Source: Candidatus Micrarchaeota archaeon
GTDB taxonomy: Archaea > Micrarchaeota > Micrarchaeia > Micrarchaeales > CABMGC01
Length of the DNA stretch: 64,000 nucleotides
Reading direction: 5' to 3'
Assembly: GCA_021792235.1 (NCBI GenBank)
Contig: JAJYVC010000001.1
Span: 752-64,751 of the forward strand
A program made the position numbers and the translations under genes. This document shows positions 19,517 through 27,751 of this stretch, one piece after another (positions within the stretch are counted from its first letter, which is position 1; each line of letters starts with the position of its first letter). The notes under the pieces are model-generated. The model was given only the letters and a program-made list of their open reading frames with translations. It was not told the DNA's origin and made no database searches.

Positions 19517-19954
19517 TTATAATGGCTTTCCCTTACCAGTTGCTATAAAACTTTTTAGACTGCCACTTATGATAGAACCCCATGCATTACTGCAGCTGTC
19601 ATAGCATTCCAATTTAGGGATCAGGCCTTGATGGGTAAAGCGTACCTCAGTTTTACTGCCCTTCTTTGATATCTCGAAGATTATCTTTGTCCCCCTCCAC
19701 TCAACTTTATCCTTAGTGAACTTGGGGCCGCCATCAGTGACAGACCAGACTACTCTTTTGCCTGGTACTAGTTCCGTTACCTTTTGCTTGGATTTGTGAA
19801 AGGTTTTATACTTATATGTAAACACAGTACCGGGTTTGTCAGTGTCGCCATCGATTTGTCCATCCCACCACCCTCTGACATTATTGATAGCCTTAAATAC
19901 TTCTTCTGGACTTTTATCCACTAAAATCGTAATCGTGTAGTCCTGACCAGGCAT
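19517..19954 (-). CDS. SRPBCC-superfamily protein (AHSA1/START-like)
   Basis: 145 aa. SPEEVFKAINNVRGWW...TEVRFTHQG pattern typical of the Aha1-domain SRPBCC fold. Confidence 0.7.
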   Translation of the reverse strand: MPGQDYTITILVDKSPEEVFKAINNVRGWWDGQIDGDTDKPGTVFTYKYKTFHKSKQKVTELVPGKRVVWSVTDGGPKFTKDKVEWRGTKIIFEISKKGSKTEVRFTHQGLIPKLECYDSCSNAWGSIISGSLKSFIATGKGKPL

Positions 19955-20006
19955 ATAACTAACGATTTAACCATAAATTTGAAGTTATTTAAAGTATTCT
20001 TGCCTG

Positions 20007-20027
20007 AGATGTGCCTTACGCACATCT
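20007..20027. promoter_or_regulatory. perfect palindrome containing ATGT-N9-ACAT, candidate PadR operator
   Basis: agatgtgc-cttac-gcacatct sits in the divergent intergenic region ~120 nt upstream of the PadR-TRASH regulator gene. Confidence 0.3.
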
Positions 20028-20148
20028 TGCGCATCGGGCGATGACTTTCAAGTACGACTCAGTGTCACACCTACGTAATTCTATTCTAACTTGTAATACC
20101 ATCCTAGCGTAGCAACGTAACATATTTATATATATCGTAATATGATAT

Positions 20149-20586
20149 ATGATGAGTGCAATGCCTGACATAGAGATAAAGAACACGGTTAAGCTGTTCA
20201 CAGTCCTTCTGCTCAGCGAGAAAGGGCAGCACGGCTATGAGATAATGAAGGAGGTAGAGAAGAGGACAGGGAAGAATGTCAGTCCAGGGCAGATATATCC
20301 ATTCCTCAAGCAGCTCAAGAAGTACAACTATGTTGAGACTAAGGGAAGGGAAGAGAGGGACAAGCAGGCCTATTATCTGACGCCAGAAGGCAGGAAGTTT
20401 GTGAAAAGGCTTTCAGACAAGTTTGGAGACATGTTTGAGATTGCAATAAAACCAAAGCTTACTGTGTGTGCGCATTGTAACTGCGAGATATACCGGGGCG
20501 GATATAAGGAGAGGATTAATGGCAGGCTCAAGAGCTTCTGCTGTGAGAACTGCGCTAAGAGCTACAGGACGCCTAATGCTCGATAA
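20149..20586 (+). CDS. PadR-family transcriptional regulator with C-terminal TRASH metal-binding domain
   Basis: Winged-helix block QHGYEIMKEV...SPGQIYPFLKQLKKYNYVE...YYLTPEGRKF. C-terminal CAHC-x20-CCENC fits TRASH C-x2-C-x19-22-C-x3-C. Confidence 0.8.
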   Translation: MMSAMPDIEIKNTVKLFTVLLLSEKGQHGYEIMKEVEKRTGKNVSPGQIYPFLKQLKKYNYVETKGREERDKQAYYLTPEGRKFVKRLSDKFGDMFEIAIKPKLTVCAHCNCEIYRGGYKERINGRLKSFCCENCAKSYRTPNAR

Positions 20587-20599
20587 TATTAGTGAGAAT

Positions 20600-20716
20600 A
20601 TGGCCAAACAAACCCTTTCAGTAATAAGCGCGAAGGCCTCTGCAATAACCGGGGCAGTCATTGGATTTCTTTGCTGGCTGTTGGTCATCTTTTCAGCTTC
20701 TCTGGTTATGGAATAA
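20600..20716 (+). CDS. possible 38-aa single-TM peptide
   Basis: MAKQTLSVISAKASAITGAVIGFLCWLLVIFSASLVME. Its TAA overlaps the next ATG (TAATG at 20714-20718). Confidence 0.3.
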   Translation: MAKQTLSVISAKASAITGAVIGFLCWLLVIFSASLVME

Positions 20717-20976
20717 TGGGTTACTTTGGTGGATACGGGATGATGAGCTATGGATACACAAGCTACATGATGGGTGGCGTATTCCATAACGCAACATTCG
20801 GCTACATGACGAATGGCGTATTCCATCCGTACAATGGAACTGGATATTACCTTCCTGGAGGCATATTCCACAGCTATAGCTTTGCCTCTGTGATAATTGA
20901 CATTGTGTTAGGGGCCTTGGCTGGGCTTATAATTGCGCTAGTATACAATTGGGCGTTAAAGTTAGATAGAAGGTGA
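20716..20976 (+). CDS. Met/Tyr/Gly/His-rich small protein with C-terminal TM helix (candidate Cu-binding membrane protein)
   Basis: 86 aa from ATG 20716 (track ORF 20671). Six Met in the first 31 residues and three G(V/I)FH repeats, then VIIDIVLGALAGLIIALVY. Located inside the cop locus. Confidence 0.45.
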   Translation: MGYFGGYGMMSYGYTSYMMGGVFHNATFGYMTNGVFHPYNGTGYYLPGGIFHSYSFASVIIDIVLGALAGLIIALVYNWALKLDRR

Positions 20977-20980
20977 AAAT

Positions 20981-21121
20981 ATGAAAGATCCCGTATGTGG
21001 AATGGAAGTAAGAGAGAACTTAGGGTTTAAGAGCAGCTATAAAGGTAAGACGTATGCCTTCTGCTCCGCCAACTGCAAGCAGAACTTTGACAAAAAACCA
21101 GAAAGCTATGCAAAGGTCTGA
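20981..21121 (+). CDS. YHS/TRASH-domain mini-protein (46 aa), copper chaperone candidate; missed by the ORF track
   Basis: MKDPVCGMEVRENLGFKSSYKGKTYAFCSANCKQNFDKKPESYAKV carries the DPVCGM...YxFCSxxC YHS pattern. Sits 4 nt after the previous stop. Confidence 0.7.
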   Translation: MKDPVCGMEVRENLGFKSSYKGKTYAFCSANCKQNFDKKPESYAKV

Positions 21122-21369
21122 GTGTTAATACGACAGATCACCAATGTACTATTTGCAAGCCGTATTACAAAAGCGAAAACATATATTTCGTTTTCTTTCT
21201 GGCCTTTGTTTCAGTATATCCAAACGCTGTAGGAGACTACTGGAACCCGAGTGTGTTGTCCGGGATACTTATACTGGGAATTCCAATCGAAGAGCTGGCA
21301 TTTGCCTTTTCGTTTGGCATGATGTGGTCAAGCGTTTACGAGCATATTAATTGGTACAGAAACAAATAG
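21091..21369 (+). pseudogene. possible 5'-truncated membrane-protein remnant (lycopene-cyclase-domain-like PxEE motif)
   Basis: 92-codon open frame without ATG/GTG/TTG near its 5' end. Ends ...[43 protein letters not shown]. Only two of the expected TM helices are present. Confidence 0.3.
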
Positions 21370-21377
21370 TTGGTATT

Positions 21378-23450
21378 ATGGCAACAGATCCTGTATGCGG
21401 CATGAACGTTGAAGAGGCCAGCACGGCACTGGTTAGCGATAAGGAGGGAAAGAAGTATTACTTCTGCAGCACAACATGCAAGCTCCAGTTCGACAAGCCT
21501 GAGCTTGAGATGAAGCTGCTGAAGAGAGCTCTCGCTGTAGCGTGGCCCCTGACCATAATTGTGGCCGTACTTACATACGTCCTGCACATAGGCTATGGTA
21601 ACTATGTGATGCTTGTGCTTGCCAGCATAGTGCAGTTCTATGCCGGGCAGAGGTTCTATGCAGGCATAATGGACGCGATAAAGAACAAATCAGCAAATAT
21701 GGATACGCTTATAGCTATAGGCACCAGCGCGGCATGGATCTACAGCACTGTTGTCGTGCTATTCCCGTCAATCTTCCCAACAGGCAGCGTCTATTACGAC
21801 ACATCGACAATCATAATATCCCTGATACTGACCGGAACATACATGCAGCGGCTCGCAGAAACGAGGGCATCGACTGCAGTTTCGGCGCTTGTTGCATTGC
21901 AGCCCAAAACAGCACACCTAATAAAAGGAAACGATGTAATCGATGTTCCAATAGAACAAATCAAAGAAGGCGACATACTCCTTGTCAAGCCCGGAGGGAA
22001 GATACCTGCCGATTCTGTAGTTCTGGAGGGCGAAAGCTCTGTCGATGAATCCATGATTACTGGAGAGAGCATGCCTGTCACAAAGAGGAAGGGCGACAAG
22101 GTTACCGGAGGAACCATAAACTCAACCAGTTCGCTGAGGGTAAAGGCGGCCAAGGTCGGCGAGGACACAGCGCTGTCTCAAATAATAAAGATAGTCAAGA
22201 ATGCAGCTTCGAGCAAAGTGCCGATACAAAAACTTGCTGACAAAGTGTCATCTTATTTTGTTCCAGTAGTGGTGCTAATCGGCATAGTGGCTGCATTTGC
22301 ATGGTATTTTGCAGGTGGAGTAGAGCTTAACGTTGCAATACTTATATTCGTAAGCGTGCTTATCATAGCCTGTCCTTGTGCGCTTGGAATCGCAACGCCT
22401 GCTGCGCTTCTTGTTTCATCTGGAAAAGCGGCAAAGGAGGGAATACTGGTAAAGAGCGGTGAGAGCCTGCAGATGGCAAGCAAGGTAAATGTCATAGTTC
22501 TTGACAAAACTGGCACGCTCACCAAGGGCAAACCCGAAGTGACAGACATCGTGCCGCTATCCTCTTACAGCAAGAAGCAGGTACTCAGATTCGCTGCAGT
22601 AGCAGAGAGGAATTCTGAACATGTACTTGGCAAGGCGATAGTTGCCGAGGCCAACAATGAAAAGATAAAGGCGGAGTTTCCAAAGGAATTCAACTATAGG
22701 CAGGGATTTGGAATAATTTCATTTGACAAAAACGGCAAGAAGATAATGATAGGCAACAGGGAACTGTTCGGCAAAAATCTGTCAGAAGGGCCCGAAAGGC
22801 AGCTACAAAAACTGGAATCTGATGGGAAAACAGCACTCATAGTAGGTGTTGATAATATGGTAATAGGGTTCATAGCCCTTGCCGACGTCCTGAAAGAGGA
22901 CAGCAAGAAGGCCATCGCCGCGCTGCAAAGCTCTGGTAAAGAGGTATGGCTGGTTACCGGAGATAACGAACGTGTTGCAAATGCGGTTGCAAGACAGCTT
23001 GGCATAAAGAACGTCATGTCCAAGTCCAAGCCTGAGCAGAAGATGGAAAAGATCATTGAATTGCAGAAGTCAGGCAAGGTCGTTGCAATGGTAGGCGATG
23101 GCATAAATGATGCGCCAGCGCTTACAAAGGCAGATCTTGGCATAGCAATAGGCGCAGGGACAGAGGTGGCTGTGCAAGCAGGGGGTATAATCCTGACAAA
23201 GAATAGCATCTACGATGCATACATTGCCCTTGAACTCGGAAAGAGGACAATGTCAAAGATAAGGCAGAATCTATTTTGGGCATTTGCCTATAATATGGTC
23301 CTGATACCAATAGCTGCCGGAGCATTGATTCCTATCTTTACTGTAAGCATCTACAATGTCCTGCCATTGCTCGCAGCATTAGCAATGGCGTTCAGCTCAG
23401 TCACGGTAGTCTCCAACTCCCTCCTGCTTGGAAGGTTTAAGGATAAATAG
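21378..23450 (+). CDS. copA: copper-translocating P1B-type ATPase with N-terminal YHS/TRASH domain
   Basis: N-terminal [11 protein letters not shown]...[17 protein letters not shown] motif ([11 protein letters not shown]), [15 protein letters not shown]. The track starts at 21351; ATG 21378 is more likely. Confidence 0.92.
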   Translation: MATDPVCGMNVEEASTALVSDKEGKKYYFCSTTCKLQFDKPELEMKLLKRALAVAWPLTIIVAVLTYVLHIGYGNYVMLVLASIVQFYAGQRFYAGIMDAIKNKSANMDTLIAIGTSAAWIYSTVVVLFPSIFPTGSVYYDTSTIIISLILTGTYMQRLAETRASTAVSALVALQPKTAHLIKGNDVIDVPIEQIKEGDILLVKPGGKIPADSVVLEGESSVDESMITGESMPVTKRKGDKVTGGTINSTSSLRVKAAKVGEDTALSQIIKIVKNAASSKVPIQKLADKVSSYFVPVVVLIGIVAAFAWYFAGGVELNVAILIFVSVLIIACPCALGIATPAALLVSSGKAAKEGILVKSGESLQMASKVNVIVLDKTGTLTKGKPEVTDIVPLSSYSKKQVLRFAAVAERNSEHVLGKAIVAEANNEKIKAEFPKEFNYRQGFGIISFDKNGKKIMIGNRELFGKNLSEGPERQLQKLESDGKTALIVGVDNMVIGFIALADVLKEDSKKAIAALQSSGKEVWLVTGDNERVANAVARQLGIKNVMSKSKPEQKMEKIIELQKSGKVVAMVGDGINDAPALTKADLGIAIGAGTEVAVQAGGIILTKNSIYDAYIALELGKRTMSKIRQNLFWAFAYNMVLIPIAAGALIPIFTVSIYNVLPLLAALAMAFSSVTVVSNSLLLGRFKDK

Positions 23451-23687
23451 CGCTCCAAAAATTAAGTCTGCGGCGCATGGCACGTGTCTTATGCCAACAT
23501 TGTTATTCACCTTATTTTCAACAAGGAAGCCCACACTCTTTAGCCGTGGGTAGTTTACCTCTTCTACTCCAAGCCAATAGAAGATCAACCAAGCCGTGCC
23601 ATTATAAATCCCAATCATCCAATGCCCCAAACCTGGAGAGCAAAGCATATTTAAATTATCTAATTGTTATTGTTAATCAGTAATGAG

Positions 23688-24401
23688 ATGAAAAGCGGAA
23701 TAAACAGTATGTTTTCCAAGATATACCTAAAATACGACTTAATGAATCACCTTATGAGCTTCAATTTTGACAAAGATTGGAGGGAAGATGCTGCAAATGA
23801 AGTCATCATAGAGAAGGACAAATTCAACGTCCTTGATGTTGCATCAGGCACCGGAGATCTTGCCATTGCCATAAACAAGGCCGCTCAGGCCAAGCATAAA
23901 AAAGTCTACATTTACGCGTACGATTTCAATGCTGACATGCTAGATATGGCCCGCAGCAAATTCAGGCAGGAGGGCATGGTCAACGTAAAAATAGAGATCG
24001 GCACGGCATTCAAGATAGCGCACAAGTCAAACTCTGTCGATGTCCTGACTTCGGCATTCGCTCTAAGGAGCTTCGCCAATGTGAAGGGCGATAAGAGAGG
24101 ATTGCAGAAGTTCATATCTGAGTCATACCGCGTATTAAGGCCAGGAGGCAAGGTGGTCCTGCTCGACATGGCAATGCCAGATAAAGAATACCAGCGCTCG
24201 TTCTTCAAGATATACTCATATGTGATGCTTGCCATGGGCTCCTTCGTGGACAGGGACACTTATGCATGGCTTGTCAGAACCATAAAGTCGTTCGACAAGA
24301 AGAAGCTTGTCAAGGACATGAAGTCAGCGGGTTTTAAGAATATAAGATACCGCAGCCTCAAATCCGGCATAGCCTATCTAGTAACTGCCGACAAGCCTTA
24401 A
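23688..24401 (+). CDS. UbiE/MenG-family quinone C-methyltransferase, paralog 1
   Basis: MFSKIYLKYDLMNHLMSFNFDKDWR (UbiE N-terminal block), SAM motif LDVASGTGDL, C-terminal GIAYLVTADKP. ATG 23688 follows a TTAAATTA box; the track start is TTG 23664. Confidence 0.8.
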   Translation: MKSGINSMFSKIYLKYDLMNHLMSFNFDKDWREDAANEVIIEKDKFNVLDVASGTGDLAIAINKAAQAKHKKVYIYAYDFNADMLDMARSKFRQEGMVNVKIEIGTAFKIAHKSNSVDVLTSAFALRSFANVKGDKRGLQKFISESYRVLRPGGKVVLLDMAMPDKEYQRSFFKIYSYVMLAMGSFVDRDTYAWLVRTIKSFDKKKLVKDMKSAGFKNIRYRSLKSGIAYLVTADKP

Positions 24402-24428
24402 TGAAAACCAAGACATAGTTGTTTAGTC

Positions 24429-25325
24429 ATGATCAGACATTACCTGGAAGAGATGTTCGAACCGACGCTGCTCTACGGACTCTCGCTTGCAGTCTTCGGC
24501 GTAGCCATGGCCTCGCATTACGGAGCGGTATCTCTGGCTTACGGTTCCCTTGCCATAATGGGCAGCGTCCTGGCTCAGATATCGGCCAATGTGATAAGCG
24601 ATTACTTCGATTACTCAAGCGGACTTGACAGAGAGTTAGGCGCAGGCAAGAAGGATAACCTTAGCGGTGGCAGCTCGCTCATGGCAAAAGGCCTGATAAA
24701 GCCTGTGCCTACCCTATTCCTGGGGCTGGCGATATTCGCCGCTGCAGCAGCAATAGGCATACATCTGCTGCTGGCGAGGCCGCAAATAATCCCTATACTC
24801 ATAATAGCTGCATTCTCTATACTACTATATTCAAAATACGCAAAGAGGATTCCGTATCTGTCAGAGCCTCTATGCACGCTAAACTACACTCTGATATCTC
24901 TCGGCGTCTTCATCGTGGCTTCCAGCACATTTTCACTGCCATATGGCCTGGCATTTGCCTTGATACCTGCAGGCATATTGCTTGGCGGCGATGCCCTCTT
25001 CGTAAACGAGGTGCCTGATGCAGGCATAGACCGGAAATACGGGGTCAGGCACAGCGCAGTTATGCTTGGCACGGGCAGGAGGATAGGGTTGTACTACCTC
25101 TCATTCCAGGTCGCAGCGTATGCGATTGTAGTGGCAGGATCGCTTTCAGGTTTCATCCCTATGCTCTCTCTAATAACTTTGCTGACTCTGCCTACCACAA
25201 TCTACGTATACAATGGCCTGCGCAGGCGCAACGCGAAGAAGTATGGGGAATATCTCTTTGTTCATACATTATCTGCAGTAGTGTTTGCCGTATTACTGTC
25301 TGCCTCCTTCCTTGTCCAATGGTGA
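24429..25325 (+). CDS. menA: UbiA-superfamily prenyltransferase, MenA-like (1,4-dihydroxy-2-naphthoate polyprenyltransferase)
   Basis: 298 aa, 8-9 TM. First Asp-rich motif ANVISDYFDYSSGLD and second motif VNEVPDAGIDRKYG. Confidence 0.7.
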   Translation: MIRHYLEEMFEPTLLYGLSLAVFGVAMASHYGAVSLAYGSLAIMGSVLAQISANVISDYFDYSSGLDRELGAGKKDNLSGGSSLMAKGLIKPVPTLFLGLAIFAAAAAIGIHLLLARPQIIPILIIAAFSILLYSKYAKRIPYLSEPLCTLNYTLISLGVFIVASSTFSLPYGLAFALIPAGILLGGDALFVNEVPDAGIDRKYGVRHSAVMLGTGRRIGLYYLSFQVAAYAIVVAGSLSGFIPMLSLITLLTLPTTIYVYNGLRRRNAKKYGEYLFVHTLSAVVFAVLLSASFLVQW

Positions 25326-26020
25326 ATTATGTGAGTGAAGAGGTTAACAAGATCTTCTCAGATATGTCCCGCGATTACGACAGGGTGAACAAGGCATGCA
25401 GCTCAGGCACAATGATAATCTGGCGGAGATCCGCAGCCAAGGCTTCTATGCTCAAAAAAAAGAGCTTTAATGCATTAGACATAGGCACAGGCACAGGTGA
25501 GTTGGTTTTTGAGATATGCAGGGAGGCCGCACGACTAGGTAAGAGGGTCGATGTCATCGGAGTGGATTTTAGCAGAGACATGATAGAGGTCGCGAGGAGG
25601 AAGGCTTCACGTCTCGGAGTGAAGGCAAGGTTCGAACTGGGCGATGCTATGCATTTGAAATACCGCAGGAACACATTCGATCTAGTGACATCGAGCTTGG
25701 CCGTGAAGAATGTGGACAGCCAGAAACAGTTTGCAATGGAGGCATATCGTGTATTGAGGAAAGGCGGCAGGATCGTAGTGCTCGAGCTGATAAGGCCCAG
25801 GAACGTACTGAACAGGGCGGTGATCAACGCATATTGGGGGTCTGTCATAAGGGTAGGATTCATAGGCAGGGGCGGGTCGTACAAGGCCCTAAAGGCGAGT
25901 GTCGATAGGTTCGACAGCAGCAAACTCGTGCATGAGCTGGATAAAGCGGGATTCAGAGACGTCAGAGCAAGAACACTGTTCTCAGGTGCCGCAGTGCTTG
26001 TCACTGCTGACAAATCTTAA
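25319..26020 (+). CDS. UbiE/MenG-family methyltransferase, paralog 2
   Basis: IFSDMSRDYDRVN...WRR, LDIGTGTGEL, VLRKGGRIVVLE, C-terminal GAAVLVTADKS. Overlaps the menA stop. Confidence 0.75.
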   Translation: MVNYVSEEVNKIFSDMSRDYDRVNKACSSGTMIIWRRSAAKASMLKKKSFNALDIGTGTGELVFEICREAARLGKRVDVIGVDFSRDMIEVARRKASRLGVKARFELGDAMHLKYRRNTFDLVTSSLAVKNVDSQKQFAMEAYRVLRKGGRIVVLELIRPRNVLNRAVINAYWGSVIRVGFIGRGGSYKALKASVDRFDSSKLVHELDKAGFRDVRARTLFSGAAVLVTADKS

Positions 26021-26054
26021 TATAATCAAACTGTCATGATATCGTATAGAAACT

Positions 26055-26648
26055 ATGAAACTTGAAACAAAAAGATTAACACTAAGGGACTGGACTAAGA
26101 GGGATATATCTGATCTAATAGAAGGACTGAATAACTACAACGTGTCAAAATGGTTGGCACTAGTCCCACACCCATACACTAAAAAAGATGCACAAGAGTG
26201 GATAAACTACTGCAGGCAAAACGCTAAAAGTAAGAATAGAGGTTATTACTTTGCAATAGAACTCAAATCGGAGAAGAAAGTTATAGGCGGAATAGACATA
26301 AATAAAATAAACAAGTTTCATGGAATTGGGGGTGGCGGGTTCTGGGTCAATGCAAAATATCACAGGCAGGGATATGGCGCAGAGGCTTTAGCTGCAAAAA
26401 TAGATTTTGCATTTAACAAATTGAAACTGCGCAGATTAGAAAGTGGCTTCTTTAAAGGAAATAAACCCTCATTAAATCTGCAAAAGAAGTTTGGATACAA
26501 AGTCGAAGGTCTTAGAAGAAAAGGCTTCAAGTGCAAGGCAGATGGAAAATTAAAAGATGAATATATCACGGCATTGCTTAGGAATGACTGGAAGAAACCG
26601 CGATTAGGAAAATTGGCTATTTTATACAAAAAAGATACGCCAAGGTAG
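26055..26648 (+). CDS. GNAT-family N-acetyltransferase (RimJ/RimL-like)
   Basis: ETKRLTLRDWT..., HRQGYGAEALAAKIDFAFNKLKLRRLE and NKPSLNLQKKFGYKVEG blocks. Visibly AT-rich codon usage. Confidence 0.8.
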   Translation: MKLETKRLTLRDWTKRDISDLIEGLNNYNVSKWLALVPHPYTKKDAQEWINYCRQNAKSKNRGYYFAIELKSEKKVIGGIDINKINKFHGIGGGGFWVNAKYHRQGYGAEALAAKIDFAFNKLKLRRLESGFFKGNKPSLNLQKKFGYKVEGLRRKGFKCKADGKLKDEYITALLRNDWKKPRLGKLAILYKKDTPR

Positions 26649-26736
26649 GGATTTGAACCCTAACGGCCCGTGAGAGCCATACGCTTACAAGAAAAGATTT
26701 CCAGGCGTACGCGTTACCAGATTCTGCCACCTTGGC
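26638..26736 (-). tRNA. tRNA-Ser (anticodon GGA) with 13-nt intron after position 37
   Basis: Acceptor GCCAAGG/CCTTGGC plus discriminator G. Anticodon stem TACGC/GCGTA, loop CTGGAA[intron 26686-26698]A. Long variable arm GGCTC-TCAC-GGGCC. T arm TAGGG-TTCAAAT-CCCTA. No encoded CCA. D stem is imperfect (A12:C23). Confidence 0.8.
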
Positions 26737-26758
26737 ACGCTAATAATTCATATGTGGT

Positions 26759-26766
26759 ATATTTAA
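26759..26766 (-). promoter_or_regulatory. TATA-like box (TTAAATAT on minus strand) for tRNA-Ser
   Basis: Spans -23 to -30 relative to the tRNA 5' end at 26736. Confidence 0.3.
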
Positions 26767-26785
26767 TTGTGATGCATTATGCGTC

Positions 26786-27664
26786 CTAAATATGTACTCT
26801 TATCAGCGCTGAATAGTTCCCTAGTACCTCATAAGCCTTCGTGCCTTTTACCTTCTCTTCAGCCATATCTATGTATCTGTTGTTGAGCTCCACCGCCCTT
26901 ATTATCGCAGAACTCTTGTCTATGTCGTACTCCTTCTGCAGGCTGGTTACCGCATTCGGCACAAGGCCACTGCGGCTATGTTTTTTGTCGGCCCTTATGA
27001 AGTCAAGTATGTCGTCTCTTATCTGGAATGCGATGCCAATGTCCACACCGGATCTATGAACCTTTTCTGCTATCTTGCTATTGCTATAGACTGCACCAGC
27101 ACTCCAGCACGCCGCTATCAGCGACGCGCTCTTGAGGAACGACACATTTATGTATTCGTCAAGTCCAGGAGCCGAATTCGAATCCTGGTAGCTGTAATCA
27201 AGCATCTCGCCAGCACACATGTCCATGCTCGACTTAGTTATCGACATTAGCACGTCTTCCCCGTACCTTGCCGAGAGACTCACCGCTTTTGATATGAGTG
27301 CATCGCCGGCCAGTATCGCCGGCTTGCTTCCATACTTGGAATGCACCGACTTGGTGCCTCTCCTGGCCATGTCATCGTCGATTATGTCATCATGTATCAG
27401 CGATGATGTGTGAAGCAGCTCCGCAGCCACAGCAAGATCCACAAAGTCAGAAGGCCTCTTTCCTACGACATGCGCTCCCATGAGCACGAGAGCAGGCCTC
27501 AGGAGCTTGCCATTCCTTTTCAGCAGGTAGGTTGAAGGGGCAAAAAGCTGCGTGTTGACGAAGTCGGATATCTTGAACGATCTGAGCCTTGAAGATACCT
27601 GAACAAGCGCATCAGTCACGTGCTTTGGAAGGCCGACATAGCTATTTCCACTTTCCATCATCAC
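26786..27664 (-). CDS. trans-polyprenyl diphosphate synthase
   Basis: First DDxxD block LIHDDIIDDDMARRG and second block FQIRDDILD. Confidence 0.85.
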   Translation of the reverse strand: MMMESGNSYVGLPKHVTDALVQVSSRLRSFKISDFVNTQLFAPSTYLLKRNGKLLRPALVLMGAHVVGKRPSDFVDLAVAAELLHTSSLIHDDIIDDDMARRGTKSVHSKYGSKPAILAGDALISKAVSLSARYGEDVLMSITKSSMDMCAGEMLDYSYQDSNSAPGLDEYINVSFLKSASLIAACWSAGAVYSNSKIAEKVHRSGVDIGIAFQIRDDILDFIRADKKHSRSGLVPNAVTSLQKEYDIDKSSAIIRAVELNNRYIDMAEEKVKGTKAYEVLGNYSALIRVHI

Positions 27665-27751
27665 ATCTCACAATTAGGGTCGTATCATATGACTATTGAA
27701 GAAAAAATTTAAATACCCGCATTAGCCGATTCCATCTGTTCAGTTGGTCAA

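Noticed and set aside
21144-21350. 68-aa plus-strand ORF between the YHS gene and copA
   Set aside because: Arg/Cys-rich frame. The alternative frame over the same DNA gives TM helices with a PxEE motif (reported as a possible remnant).
23397-23648. 83-aa minus-strand ORF overlapping the copA 3' end
   Set aside because: Overlaps copA by ~50 nt with no recognisable motif. The intergenic part looks like promoter DNA for the UbiE-like gene. Kept unannotated.
25375-26013. 212-aa minus-strand ORF
   Set aside because: Antisense to the second UbiE-like methyltransferase. Low-complexity Ser/Leu/Thr composition.
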